From NCBI GenBank assembly GCA_964016885.1, contig OZ024741.1, positions 115,568,001-115,632,000 of the forward strand: DNA of 64,000 nucleotides, given 5' to 3'. This document shows, in pieces, positions 29,001 through 43,569 of the stretch. How positions within the stretch are numbered: position 1 is the first letter of the stretch; every line of letters begins with the position of its first letter. Made by a program: the position numbers and the translations under genes. Below the pieces are notes generated by a model. That model made no database searches, had not been told where the DNA came from, and was given only the letters and a program-made list of their open reading frames with translations. The stretch is from Eledone cirrhosa. Taxonomy: Eukaryota.

Positions 29001-31620
29001 TAACTATGATTGATAGATATTCTTGAGGTAGGGGTTAGATTTGTCATAGAATATAGATATAACGCTGATTGAAAGATTATCTTGAAGTAGGGGTTACAAT
29101 TGTCATAGGATATAGATATAACTCTGATTGAAAGATGTTCTTGAGATGGGGGTTACATTTGTCATAGAATATAGATATAACTCTGATTGAAAGATGTTCT
29201 TGATGTGGAGGTTACATTTGTCATAGAATATAGATATAACTCTGATAGAAAGATGTTCTTGAGGTGGGGGTTACATTTGTCATAGAATATAGATATAACT
29301 CTGATAGAAAGATGTTCTTGAGATGGGGGTTACATTTGTCATAGAATATAGATATAACGCTGATAGAAAGATGTACTTGAGGTGGGGGTTACATTTGTCA
29401 TAGAATATAGATATAACTCTGAGAGAAAGATGTTCTTGAGGTGGGGTTACATTTGTCATAGAATATAGATATAACTCTGAGAGAAAGATGTACTTGAGGT
29501 GGGGGTTACATTTGTCATAGAATATAGATATAACCCTGATTGAAAGATGTTCTGGAGGTGGGGTTACATTTGTCATAGAATATAGATATAACTCAGAATA
29601 AAAGATTATCTTGAGGTAGGGGTTACATTTGTTATAGAATATAGATATAACCCTGATTGAAAGATGTTCTTGAGGTGGGGGTTACCTTTGTCATAGAATA
29701 TAGATATAACTCTGATAGAAAGATGTTCTTGAGGTGGGGGTTACATTTGTCATAGAATATAGATATAACTCTGATAGAAAGATGTTCTTGAGATGGGGGT
29801 TACATTTGTCATAGAATATAGATATAACTCTGATAGAAAGATGTTCTTGAGGTGGGGGTTACATTTGTCATAGAATATAGATATAACTCTGATAGAAAGA
29901 TGTTCTTGAGGTGGGGGTTACATTTGTCATAGAATATAGATATAACTCTGAGAGAAAGATGTTCTTGAGGTGGGGGTTACATTTGTCATAGAATATAGAT
30001 ATAACCCTGATTGAAAGATGTTCTGGAGGTGGGGTTACATTTGTCATAGAATATAGATATAACTCAGAATAAAAGATTATCTTGAGGTAGGGGTTACATT
30101 TGTTATAGAATATAGATATAACCCTGATTGAAAGATGTTCTTGAGGTGGGGGTACCTTTGTCATAGAATATAGATATAACTCTGATAGAAAGATGTTCTT
30201 GAGGTGGGGGTTACATTTGTCATAGAATATAGATATAACTCTTATAGAAAGATGTTCTTGAGGTGGGGGTTACATTTGTCATAGAATATAGATATAACTC
30301 TGATAGAAAGATGTTCTTGAGGTGGGGGTTACATTTGTCATAGAATATAGATATAACTCTGAGAGAAAGATGTTCTTGAGGTGGGGGTTACATTTGTCAT
30401 AGAATATAGATATAACCCTGATTGAAAGATGTTCTGGAGGTGGGGTTACATTTGTCATAGAATATAGATATAACTCAGAATAAAAGATTATCTTGAGGTA
30501 GGGGTTACATTTGTTATAGAATATAGATATAAACCTGATTGAAAGATGTTCTTGAGGTGGGGGTTACATTTGTCATAGAATATAGATATAACTCTGATAG
30601 AAAGATGTTCTTGAGGTGGGGGTTACATTTGTCAATGAGTATAGATATAACTCTGACTGAAAGATGTTCTTGAGGTGGGGTTACATTTGTCATAGAATAT
30701 AGATATAACTCTGACTGAAAGATGTTCTTGAGGTGGGGGTTACAATTGTCATAGAATATAGATATAACTCTGATAGAAAGATGTTCTTGGGGTAGGGGTT
30801 ACATTTGTCATAGAATATACATATAATTCTGACTGAAAGATGTTCTTGAGGTGGGGGTTACATTTGTCATAGAAGATATAGATATAACTCTGAATGAAAG
30901 ATGTTCTTGAGGTGGGGGTTACATTTGTCATAGAATATACATATAATTCTGACTGAAAAATGTTCTTGAGGTGGGGGTTACATTTGTCATAGAATATAGA
31001 TATAACTCTGATAGAAAGATGTTCTTGGGGTAGGGGTTACATTTGTCATAGAATATACATATAATTCTGACTGAAAGATGTTCTTGAGGTGGGGGTTACA
31101 TTTGTCATAGAATATAGATATAACTCTGAGTGAAAGATGTTCTTGAGGTGGGGGTTACATTTGTCATAGAATATAGATATAACTCTGATAGAAAGATGTT
31201 CTTGGCGTAGGGGTTACATTTGTCATAGAATATACATATAATTCCGACTGAAAGATGTTCTTGAGGTGGGGGTTACATTTGTCATAGAATATAGATATAA
31301 CTCTGATAGAAAGATGTTCTTGGGGTAGGGGTTACATTTGTCATAGAATATACATATAATTCTGACTGAAAGATGTTCTTGAGGTGGGGGTTACATTTGT
31401 CATAGAATATAGATATAACTCTGACTGAAAGATGTTCTTGAGGAGGGGGTTACATTTGTCATAGAATATACATATAATTCTGACTGAAGGATGTTTTTGA
31501 GGTGGGGGGTTACATTTGTCATAGAATATAGATATATCTGTGAATGAAATATGTACTTGAAGTAGGGGTTACATTTGTCATAGAATATAGATATAACCCT
31601 GATTGAAAGATTTTGTTGAG
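23080..31620 (+). repeat. Transition zone containing an older ~4.7-5.4 kb duplication (~23.1-26.2 kb versus ~27.8-31.6 kb)
   Basis: Paired markers are GAAGGATG (23299/28012, offset 4713), GGTTAAATTT (~23679/~28392), pseudo-ORF ends 24391/29280 (offset 4889), TTGGCGTAG (25787/31206, offset 5419) and GAAGGATGTTTTTGAGGTGGGGGG (~26070/~31490). Offsets change in whole-monomer steps. Confidence 0.8.
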
Positions 31621-34600
31621 GTGGGGGTTACATTTGTCATAGAATATAGATATAACTCTGATTGAAAGATTTTGTTGAGGTGGGGGTTACATTTGTCGTA
31701 GAATATAGATATAACACTGATTGAAAGATTTTGTTGAGGTGGGGGTTACATTTGTCATAGAATATAGATATAACTCTGATTGAAAGATTTTGTTGAGGTG
31801 GGGGGTTACATTTGTCATAGAATGTAGATATAACTCTGATAGAAAGATGATCTTGAGGTAGGGGTTACATTTGTTATAGAATATAGATATAACTCTGATT
31901 GAAAGATGTTCTTGAGGTGGGGGTTACATTTGTCATAGAATATAGATGTAACTCTGATTGAAAGATGTTCTTGGGGTGGGGGTTACATTTGTCATAGAAT
32001 ATAGATATAACTCTGATTGAAAGATGTTCTTGAGGTGGGGGGTTACATTTGTCATAGAATATATATATAACTCTGATAGAAAGATATTCTTGAGGTTGGG
32101 GTTACATTTGTCATAGAATATAGATATAACCCTGATTGAAAGATGTTCTGGAGGTGGGGTTACATTTGTCATAGAATATAGATATAACTCTGACTGAAAG
32201 ATATTATTGAGGTAGGGGTTACAATTGTCATAGAATATAGATATAACTCTGATCGAAAGATATACTTGAGGTGAGGGTTACATTTGTCATAGAATATAGA
32301 TATAACTCTGATTGAAAGATGTTCTTGAGGTGAGGGTTACATTTGTCATAGAATATAGATATAACTCTGATTGAAAGATGTTCTTGAGTTGGGGTTACAT
32401 TTGTCATAGGATCTAGATATAACCCTGATGGAAAGATGTTTTTGAGGTGGGGGTTACATATGTCATAGAATATAGATATAACTCTGATTGAAAGATGTTC
32501 TTGAGGTGGGGGTTACATTTGTCATAGAATATAGATATAACTCTGATTGAAAGATGTTCTTGAGGTGGGGGTTACATTTGTCATAGAATATAGATATAAG
32601 TCTGATTGAAAGATGTTCTTGAGGTGGGGGTTACATTTGTCATAGAATATAGATATAACTATCATTGAAAGATGTTCTTGAGGTAGGGGTTAAATTTGTC
32701 ATAGAATATAGATATAACTCTGATTGAAAGATGTTCTTGGGGTAGGGGTTACATTTGTCATAGAATATACATATAATTCTGACTGAAAGATATTCTTCAG
32801 GTGGGGGTTACATTTGTCATAGAACATAGATATAACTCTGACTGAAAGATGTTCTTGAGGTGGGGGTTACATTTGTCATAGAATATACATATAATTCTGA
32901 CTGAAAAATGTTCTTGAGGTGGGGGTTACATTTGTCATAGAATATAGATATAACTCTGATAGAAAGATGTTCTTGGGGTAGGAGTTACATTTGTCATAGA
33001 ATATACATATAATTCTGAGTGAAAGATATTCTTGAGGTGGGGGTTACATTTGTCATAGAATATAGATATAACTCTGAGTGAAAGATGTTCTTGAGGTGGG
33101 GGTTACATTTGTCATAGAATATAGATATAACTCTGTTTGAAAGATGTTCTTGGGGTAGGGGTTACATTTGTCATAGAATATAGATATAACTCTGATTGAA
33201 AGATTTTCTTGAGGTGAGGGTTACATTTCTCATGGAAAATAGATATAACTCTGATTGAAAGATGTTCTTGAGGTGGGGGTTACATTTGTCATAGAATATA
33301 GATATAATTCTGATTGAAAGATTTTGTTGAGGTAGGGGTTACATTTGTCATAGAATATAGATATAACTCTGATTGAAAAATTTTGTAGAGGTGGGGGTTA
33401 CATTTGTCATAGAATATAGATATAGCTCTGATAGAAAGATGTTCTTGAGGTGGGGGATACATTTGTCATAGAATATAGATATAACCCTGATTGAAAGATG
33501 TTCTGGAGGTGGGGTTACATTTGTCATAGAATATAGATATAACTCAGACTAAAAGATTATCGAGGTAGGGGTTACATTTGTTATAGAATATAGATATAAC
33601 CCTGATTGAAAGATGTTCTTGAGGTGGTGGTTACATTTGTCATAGAATATAGATATAACTCTGATTGAAAGACGTTCTTGAGGTGGAGGTTACATTTGTC
33701 ATAGAATATAGATATAACTCTAATTGAAAGATGTTCTTGAGTTGGGGGTTACATTTGTCATAGAATATAGATATAACTCTGATTGAAAGATGTTCTTGAG
33801 GTGGGGGTTACAATTGTCATAGAATATAGATATAACTCTCATTGAAAGATGTTCTTGAGGTGGGGGTTACATTTGTCATAGAATATAGATATAAACCAGA
33901 AGGAAAGATGTTCTTGAGGTGGGGGTTACATTTGTCATAGAATATAGATATAACTCTGATTGAAAGATGTTCTTGAGGTGGGAGTTACATTTGTCATAGA
34001 ATATAGATATAACTCTGACTGAAAGATGTTCTTGAGGTGGGGGTTACATTTGTCATAGAATATACATATAATTCTGACTGAAAAATATTCTTGAGGTGGG
34101 GGTTACATTTGTCATAGAATATAGATATAACTCGGATAGAAAGATGTTCTTGGGGTAGGGGTTATATTTGTCGTAGAATATACATATAATTCTGACTGAA
34201 AGATGTTCTTGAGGTGGGGGTTACATTTGTCATAGAATATAGATATAACTCTGATAGAAAGATGTTCTTGGGGTAGGGGTTACATTTGTCATAGAATATA
34301 CATATAATTCTGACTGAAAGATGTTTTTGAGGTGGGGATTACATTTGTCATAGAATATAGATATAACTCTGAGTGAAAGATGTTCTTGAGGTGGGGGTTA
34401 CATTTGTCATAGAATATAGATATAACTCTGATAGAAAGATGTTCTTGGGGTAGGGGTCACATTTGTCATAGAATATACATATAATTCTGACTGAAAGATG
34501 TTCTTGAGGTGGGGGTTACATTTGTCATAGAACATAGATATAACTCTGACTGAAAGATGTTCTTGAGGTGGGGTTACATTTGTCATAGAATATAGATATA

Positions 34601-37600
34601 ACTCTGATAGAAAGATGTTCTTGGGGTAGGGGTTACATTTGTCATAGAATATAGATATAACTCTGATAGAAAGTTATTCTTGGGGTAGGGGTTACATTTG
34701 TCATAGAATATACATATAATTCTGACTGAAAGATGTTCTTGAGGTGGGGGTTACATTTGTCATAGAACATAGATATAACTCTGACTGAAAGATGTTCTTG
34801 AGGTGGGGGTTACATTTGTCATAGAATATAGATATAACTCTGATAGAAAGTTGTTCTTGGGGTAGGGGTTACATTTGTCATAGAATATACATATAATTCT
34901 GACTGAAATATATTCTTGAGGTGGGGGTTACATTTGTCATAGAAAATTGATATAACTCTGATAGAAAGTTGTTCTTGGGGTAGGGGTTACATTTGTCATA
35001 GAATATAGATATAACTCTGACTGAAAGATATTATTGAGGTAGGGGTTACAATTGTCATAGAATATAGATATAACTCTGATCGAAAGATATACTTGAGGTG
35101 GGGGTTACATTTCTCATGGAATATAGATATAACTCTGATTGAAAGATGTTCTTGAGGTGAGGGTTACATTTCTCATGGAATATAGATATAACTCTGATTG
35201 AAAGATGTTCTTGAGTTGGGGTTACATTTGTCATAGGATATAGATATAACCCTGATGGAAAGATGTTCTTGAGGTGGGGGTTACATTTGTCATAGAATAT
35301 AGATATAACTCTGACTGAAAGATGTTCTTGAGGTGGGGGTTACATTTGTCATAGAATATAGATATAACTCTGATAGAAAGATGTTCTTGGGGTAGGGATT
35401 ACATTTGTCATAGAATATAGATATAACTCTGATAGAAAGATGTTCTTGAGGTGGGGGTTACATTTGTCATAGAATATAGATATAACTCTGACTGAAAGAT
35501 GTTCTTGAGGTGGGGGTTACATTTGTCATAGAATATAGATATAACTCTGATAGAAAGATGTTCTTGGGGTAGGGGTTACATTTGTCATAGAATATATATA
35601 TAACTCTGTTTGAAAGATGTTCTTGAGGTGGGGGTTACATTTGTCATAGAATATAGATATAACTCTAATCGAAAGATATACTTGAGGTGGGGGTTACATT
35701 TGTCATAGAATATAGATATAACTCAGATTGAAAGATGTTCTTGAGGTGAGGGTTACATTTCTCATGGAATATAGATATAACTCTGTTTGAAAGATGTGGT
35801 TGAGGTGGGGGTTACATTCGTCATAGAATATAGATATAACTCTGACTGAAAGATGTTCTTGAGGTGGGGGTTACATTTGTCATAGAATATAGATATAACT
35901 CTGTTAGAAAGATGTTCTTGGGGTAAGGGTTACATTTGTCATAGAATATAGATATAACTCTGATTGAAAGATGTTCTTGAGTTGGGGTTACATTTGTCAT
36001 AGGATATAGATATAACCCTGATGGAAAGATGTTCTTGAGGTGGGGGTTACATTTGTCATAGAATATAGATATAATTCTGATTGAAAGATTTTGTTGAGGT
36101 AGGGATTACATTTGTCATAGAATATAGATATAACTCTGATTGAAAAATTTTGTTGAGGTTGGGGTTACATTTGTCATAGAATATAGATATAGCTCTGATA
36201 GAAAGATGTTCTTGAGTTGGGGGTTACATTTGTCATAGAATATAGATATAACTCTGATTGAAAGATGTTCTTGAGGTAGGGGTTACATTTGTCATAGAAT
36301 ATAGATATAACTCTGTTTGAAAGATGTTCTTGAGGTGGGGGTTACATTTGTCATAGAATATAGATATAACTCTGACTGAAAGATATTAATGAGGTAGAGG
36401 TTACAATTGTCATAGAATATAGATATAACTCTGATCGAAAGATATACTTGAGGTGGGGGTTACATTTGTCATAGAATATAGATATAACTCTGATTGAAAG
36501 ATGTTCTTGAGTTGGGGTTAGATTTGTCATAGGATATAGATATAACCCTGATGGAAAGATGTTCTTGAGGTAGGGGTTACATTTGTCATAGAATATAGAT
36601 ATAACCCTGATTGAAAGATTTTGTTGAGGTGGGGGTTACATTTGTCATAGAATATAGATATAACTCTGATTGAAAGATTTTGTTGAGGTAGGGGTTACAT
36701 TTGTCATAGAATATAGATATAACTCTGATTGAAAGATTTTGTTGAGGTAGGGGTTACATTTGTCATAGAATATAGATATAACTCTGATAGAAAGATGTTC
36801 TTGAGGTGGGGGTTAAATTTGTCATAGAATATAGATATAACCCTGATCGAAAGATGTTCTTGAGGTGGGGGTTACATTTGTCATAGAATATAGATATAAC
36901 TCTGTTTGAAAGATGTTCTTGAGGTGGGGGTTACATTTGTCATAGAATATAGATATAACTCTGATAGAAAGATGTTCTTGGGGTAGGGGTTACATTTGTC
37001 ATAGAATATATATATAACTCTGTTTGAAAGATGTTCTTGAGGTGGGGGTTACATTTGTCATAGAATATAGATATAACTCTGACTGAAAGATATTAATGAG
37101 GTAGAGGTTACATTTGTCATAGAATATACATATAATTCTGATTGAAAGATGATCTTGAGGTAGGGGTTACATTTGTCATAGAATATAGATATAACTCTGA
37201 TTGAAAGATTATCTTGACGTAGGGGTTACATTTGTCATAGAATATAGATATAACTCTGAGTGAAAGATGTTCTTGAGGTGGGGGTTACATTTGTCATAGA
37301 ATATAGATATAACACTGATAGAAAGATGTTCTTGGGGTAGGAGTTACATTTGTCATAGAATATACATATAATTCTGACTGAAAGATGTTCTTGAGGTGGG
37401 GGTTACATTTGTCATAGAATATAGATATAACTCTGACTGAAAGATGTTCTTGAGGTGGGGGTTACATTTGTCATAGAATATAGTTATAACTCTGTCTGAA
37501 AGATGTTCTTGAGGTGGGGTTTAAATTTGTCATAGAATATAGATATAACTCTGATAGAAAGATGTTCTTGGGGTAGGGGTTACATTTGTCATAGAATATA

Positions 37601-40600
37601 TATATAACTCTGTTTGAAAGATGTTCTTGAGGTGGGGGTTACATTTGTCATAGAATATAGATATAACTCTGATCGAAAGATATACTTGAGGTGGGGGTTA
37701 CATTTGTCATAGGATATAGATATAACTCTGATGGAAAGATGTTCTTGATGTGGGGGTTACATTTGTCATAGAATATAGATATAATCCTGATGGAAAGATG
37801 TTCTTGAGGTGGGGGTTACATTTGTCATAGAATATAGATATAACTCTGATTGAAAGATTTTGTTGAGGTAGGGGTTACATTTGTCATAGAATATAGATAT
37901 AACTCTGAGTGAAAGATGTTCTTGAGGTGGGCGTTACATTTGTCATAGAATATAGATATAACTCTGATAGAAAGATGTTCTTGGGGTGGGGGTTACATTT
38001 GTCATAGAATATAGATATAACTCTGAGTGAAAGATGTTCTTGAGGTGGGGGTTTCATTTGTCATAGAATATAGATATAACTCTGATTGAAAGATTTTGTT
38101 GAGGTAGGGTTTACATTTGTCATAGAATATACATATAATTCTGACTGAAAAATATTCTTGAGGTGGGGGTTACATTTGTCATAGAATATAGATATAACTC
38201 TGATAGAAAGTTGTTCTTGGGGTAGGGGTTACATTTGTCATAGAATATACGTATAATTCTGACTGAAAGATGTTCTTGAGGTGGGGGTTACATTTGTCAT
38301 AGAATATAGATATAACTCTGAGTGAAAGATGTTCTTGAGGTGGGGGTTACATTTGTCATAGAATATAGATATAACTCTGATAGAAAGATGTTCTTGAGGT
38401 GGGGGTTACATTTGTCATAGAATATAGATATAACTCTGTTTGAAAGATGTTCTTGAGGTGGGGGTTACATTTGTCATAGAATATAGATATAACTCTGATA
38501 GAAAGATGTTCTTGGGGTAGGGGTTACATTTGTCATAGAATATACATATAATTCTGACTGAAAGATGTTCTTGAGGTGGGGGTTAAATTTGTCATAGAAT
38601 ATAGATATAACTCTGATAGAAAGATGTTCTTGGGGTAGGGGTTACATTTGTCATAGAATATAGATATAACTCTGATTGAAAGATGTTCTTGACGTGGGGG
38701 TTACATTTGTCATAGAATATAGATGTAACTCTGATTGAAAGATGTTCTTGGGGTGGGGGTTACATTTGTCATAGAATATAGATATAACTCTGAGTGAAAG
38801 ATGTACTTGGGGTGGGGGTTACATTTGTCATAGAATATAGATATAACTCTGAGTGAAAGATGTTCTTGAGGTGGGGTTACATTTGTCATAGAATATAGAT
38901 ATAACTCTGATTGAAAGATTTTGTTGAGGTAGGGGTTACATTTGTCATAGAATATAGATATAACTCTGTTTGAAAGATGTTCTTGAGGTGGGGGTTACAT
39001 TTGTCATAGAATATAGATATAACTCTGATTGAAAGATTTTGTTGAGGTAGGGGTTACATTTGTCATAGAATATAGATATAACTCTGAGTGAAAGATGTTC
39101 TTGGGGTGGGGTTACATTTGTCATAGAATATAGATATAACTCTGATTGAAAGATTTTGTTGAGGTAGGGGTTACATTTGTCATAGAATATAGATATAACT
39201 CTGAGTGAAAGATGTTCTTGAGGTGGGGTTACATTTGTCATAGAATATAGATATAACTCTGATAGAAAGATGTTCTTGAGGTGGGGGTTTCATTTGTCAT
39301 AGAATATAGATATAACTCTGTTTGAAAGATGTTCTTGAGGTGGGGTTACATTTGTCATAGAATATAGATATAACTCTGAGAGAAAGATGTTCTTGGGGTA
39401 GGGGTTACATTTGTCATAGAATATACATATAATTCTGACTGAAAGATGTTCTTGAGGTGGGGGTTACATTTGTCATAGAATATAGATATAACTCTGACTG
39501 AGAGATGTTCTTGAGGTGGGGGTTACATTTGTCATAGAATATTGTTATAACTCTGTCTGAAAGATGTTCTTGAGGTGGGGGTTAAATTTGTCATAGAATA
39601 TAGATATAACTCTGATAGAAAGATGTTCTTGGGGTAGGGGTTACATTTGTCATAGAATATATATATAACTCTGTTTGAAAGATGTTCTTGAGGTGGGGGT
39701 TACATTTGTCATAGAATATAGATATAACTCTGACTGAAAGATATTAATGAGGTAGGGGTTACAATTGTCATAGAATATAGATATAACTCTGATCGAAAGA
39801 TATACTTGAGGTGGGGGTTACATTTGTCATAGAATATAGATATAACTCTGATTGAAAGATGTTCTTGAGGTGGGAGTTACATTTGTCATAGAATATAGAT
39901 ATAACTCTGACTGAAAGATGTTCTTGATGTGGGGCTTACATTTGTCATAGAATATACATATAATTCTGACTGAAAAATGTTCTTGAGGTGGGGGTTACAT
40001 TTGTCATAGAATATAGATATAACTCGGATAGAAAGATGTTCTTGGGGTAGGGGTTATATTTGTCGTAGAATATACATATAATTCTGACTGAAAGATGTTC
40101 TTGAGGTGGGGGTTACATTTGTCATAGAATATAGATATAACTCTGATAGAAAGATGTTCTTGGGGTAGGGGTTACATTTGTCATAGAATATACATATAAT
40201 TCTGACTGAAAGATGTTCTTGAGGTGGGGATTACATTTGTCATAGAATATAGATATAACTCTGAGTGAAAGATGTTCTTGAGGTGGGGGTTACATTTGTC
40301 ATAGAATATAGATATAACTCTGATAGAAAGATGTTCTTGGGGTAGAGGTCACATTTGTCATAGAATATACATATAATTCTGACTGAAAGATGTTCTTGAG
40401 GTGGGGGTTGCATTTGTCATAGAACATAGGTATAACTCTGACTGAAAGATGTTCTTGAGGTGGGGGTTACATTTGTCATAGAATATAGATATAACTCTGA
40501 TAGAAAGATGTTCTTGGGGTAGGGGTTACATTTGTCATAGAATATAGATATAACTCTGATAGAAAGTTATTCTTGGGGTAGGGGTTACATTTGTCATAGA

Positions 40601-43569
40601 ATATACATATAATTCTGACTGAAAGATGTTCTTGAGGTGGGGGTTACATTTGTCATAGAACATAGATATAACTCTGACTGAAAGATGTTCTTGAGGTGGG
40701 TGTTACATTTGTCATAGAATATAGATATAACTCTGATAGAAAGATGTTCTTGGGGTAGGGGTTACATTTGTCATAGAATATAGATATAACTCTGATAGAA
40801 AGTTATTCTTGGGGTAGGGGTTACATTTGTCATAGAATATACATATAATTCTGACTGAAAGATGTTCTTGAGGTGGGGGTTGCATTTGTCATAGAACATA
40901 GGTATAACTCTGACTGAAAGATGTTCTTGAGGTGGGGGTTACATTTGTCATAGAATATAGATATAACTCTGATAGAAAGATGTTCTTGAGGTGGGGGTTA
41001 CATTTGTCATAGAACATAGATATAACTCAGATTGAAAGATGTTCTTGAGGTGAGGGTTACATTTCTCATGGAATATAGATATAACTCTGTTTGAAAGATG
41101 TGGTTGAGGTGGGGGTTACATTCGTCATAGAATATAGATATAACTCTGACTGAAAGATGTTCTTGAGGTGGGGGTTACATTTGTCATAGAATATAGATAT
41201 AACTCTGTTAGAAAGATGTTCTTGGGGTAAGGGTTACATTTGTCATAGAATATAGATATAACTCTGATTGAAAGATGTTCTTGAGTTGGGGTTACATTTG
41301 TCATAGGATATAGATAAAACCCTGATGGAAAGATGTTCTTGAGGTGGGGGTTACATTTGTCATAGAATATAGATATAATTCTGATTGAAAGATTTTGTTG
41401 AGGTAGGGATTACATTTGTCATAGAATATAGATATAACTCTGATTGAAAAATTTTGTTGAGGTTGGGGTTACATTTGTCATAGAATATAGATATAGCTCT
41501 GATAGAAAGATGTTCTTGAGTTGGGGGTTACATTTGTCATAGAATATAGATATAACTCTGATTGAAAGATGTTCTTGAGGTAGGGGTTACATTTGTCATA
41601 GAATATAGATATAACTCTGTTTGAAAGATGTTCTTGAGGTGGGGGTTACATTTGTCATAGAATATAGATATAACTCTGACTGAAAGATATTAATGAGGTA
41701 GAGGTTACAATTGTCATAGAATATAGATATAACTCTGATCGAAAGATATACTTGAGGTGGGGGTTACATTTGTCATAGAATATAGATATAACTCTGATTG
41801 AAAGATGTTCTTGAGTTGGGGTTACATTTGTCATAGGATATAGATATAACCCTGATGGAAAGATGTTCTTGAGGTAGGGGTTACATTTGTCATAGAATAT
41901 AGATATAACTCTGATTGAAAGATGTGGTTGAGGTAGGGGTTACATTTGTCATAGAATATAGATATAACCCTGATTGAAAGATTTTGTTGAGGTGGGGGTT
42001 ACATTTGTCATAGAATATAGATATAACTCTGATTGAAAGATTTTGTTGAGGTAGGGGTTACATTTGTCATAGAATATAGATATAACTCTGATTGAAAGAT
42101 TTTGTTGAGGTAGGGGTTACATTTGTCATAGAATATAGATATAACTCTGATAGAAAGATGTTCTTGAGGTGGGGGTTAAATTTGTCATAGAATATAGATA
42201 TAACCCTGATCGAAAGATGTTCTTGAGGTGGGGGTTACATTTGTCATAGAATATAGATATAACTCTGTTTGAAAGATGTTCTTGAGGTGGGGGTTACATT
42301 TGTCATAGAATATAGATATAACTCTGATAGAAAGATGTTCTTGGGGTAGGGGTTACATTTGTCATAGAATATATATATAACTCTGTTTGAAAGATGTTCT
42401 TGAGGTGGGGGTTACATTTGTCATAGAATATAGATATAACTCTGACTGAAAGATATTAATGAGGTAGAGGTTACATTTGTCATAGAATATACATATAATT
42501 CTGATTGAAAGATGATCTTGAGGTAGGGGTTACATTTGTCATAGAATATAGATATAACTCTGATTGAAAGATTATCTTGACGTAGGGGTTACATTTGTCA
42601 TAGAATATAGATATAACTCTGAGTGAAAGATGTTCTTGAGGTGGGGGTTACATTTGTCATAGAATATAGATATAACACTGATAGAAAGATGTTCTTGGGG
42701 TAGGAGTTACATTTGTCATAGAATATACATATAATTCTGACTGAAAGATGTTCTTGAGGTGGGGGTTACATTTGTCATAGAATATAGATATAACTCTGAC
42801 TGAAAGATGTTCTTGAGGTGGGGGTTACATTTGTCATAGAATATAGTTATAACTCTGTCTGAAAGATGTTCTTGAGGTGGGGTTTAAATTTGTCATAGAA
42901 TATAGATATAACTCTGATAGAAAGATGTTCTTGGGGTAGGGGTTACATTTGTCATAGAATATATATATAACTCTGTTTGAAAGATGTTCTTGAGGTGGGG
43001 GTTACATTTGTCATAGAATATAGATATAACTCTGATCGAAAGATATACTTGAGGTGGGGGTTACATTTGTCATAGGATATAGATATAACTCTGATGGAAA
43101 GATGTTCTTGATGTGGGGGTTACATTTGTCATAGAATATAGATATAATCCTGATGGAAAGATGTTCTTGAGGTGGGGGTTACATTTGTCATAGAATATAG
43201 ATATAACTCTGATTGAAAGATTTTGTTGAGGTAGGGGTTACATTTGTCATAGAATATAGATATAACTCTGAGTGAAAGATGTTCTTGAGGTGGGCGTTAC
43301 ATTTGTCATAGAATATAGATATAACTCTGATAGAAAGATGTTCTTGGGGTGGGGGTTACATTTGTCATAGAATATAGATATAACTCTGAGTGAAAGATGT
43401 TCTTGAGGTGGGGGTTTCATTTGTCATAGAATATAGATATAACTCTGATTGAAAGATTTTGTTGAGGTAGGGTTTACATTTGTCATAGAATATACATATA
43501 ATTCTGACTGAAAAATATTCTTGAGGTGGGGGTTACATTTGTCATAGAATATAGATATAACTCTGATAG
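28426..43569 (+). repeat. Copy 1 of a ~15.15-kb (~257-monomer) tandem segmental duplication
   Basis: Rare markers recur at offsets 15144, then 15145, 15203 and 15202. Examples: GATTGATAGAT (~29014/~44158), GTCAATGAGT (30631/45776), AGAAGATATA (30871/46016), AGGATCTAG (~32410/~47555), GATTATCGAGG (~33560/~48763), GGGCGTTAC (37932/53134 and 43295/58497). Confidence 0.93.
35700..43569 (+). repeat. ~5.3-kb (90-91 monomer) higher-order repeat, ~1.5 copies, truncated at the 15-kb duplication junction
   Basis: CTCATGG...GATGTGGTTGAGG...ACATTCG occurs at 35761/41065 (offset 5304), and GGGCG at 37932/43295 (offset 5363, after one extra monomer at ~41,900). Confidence 0.88.
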
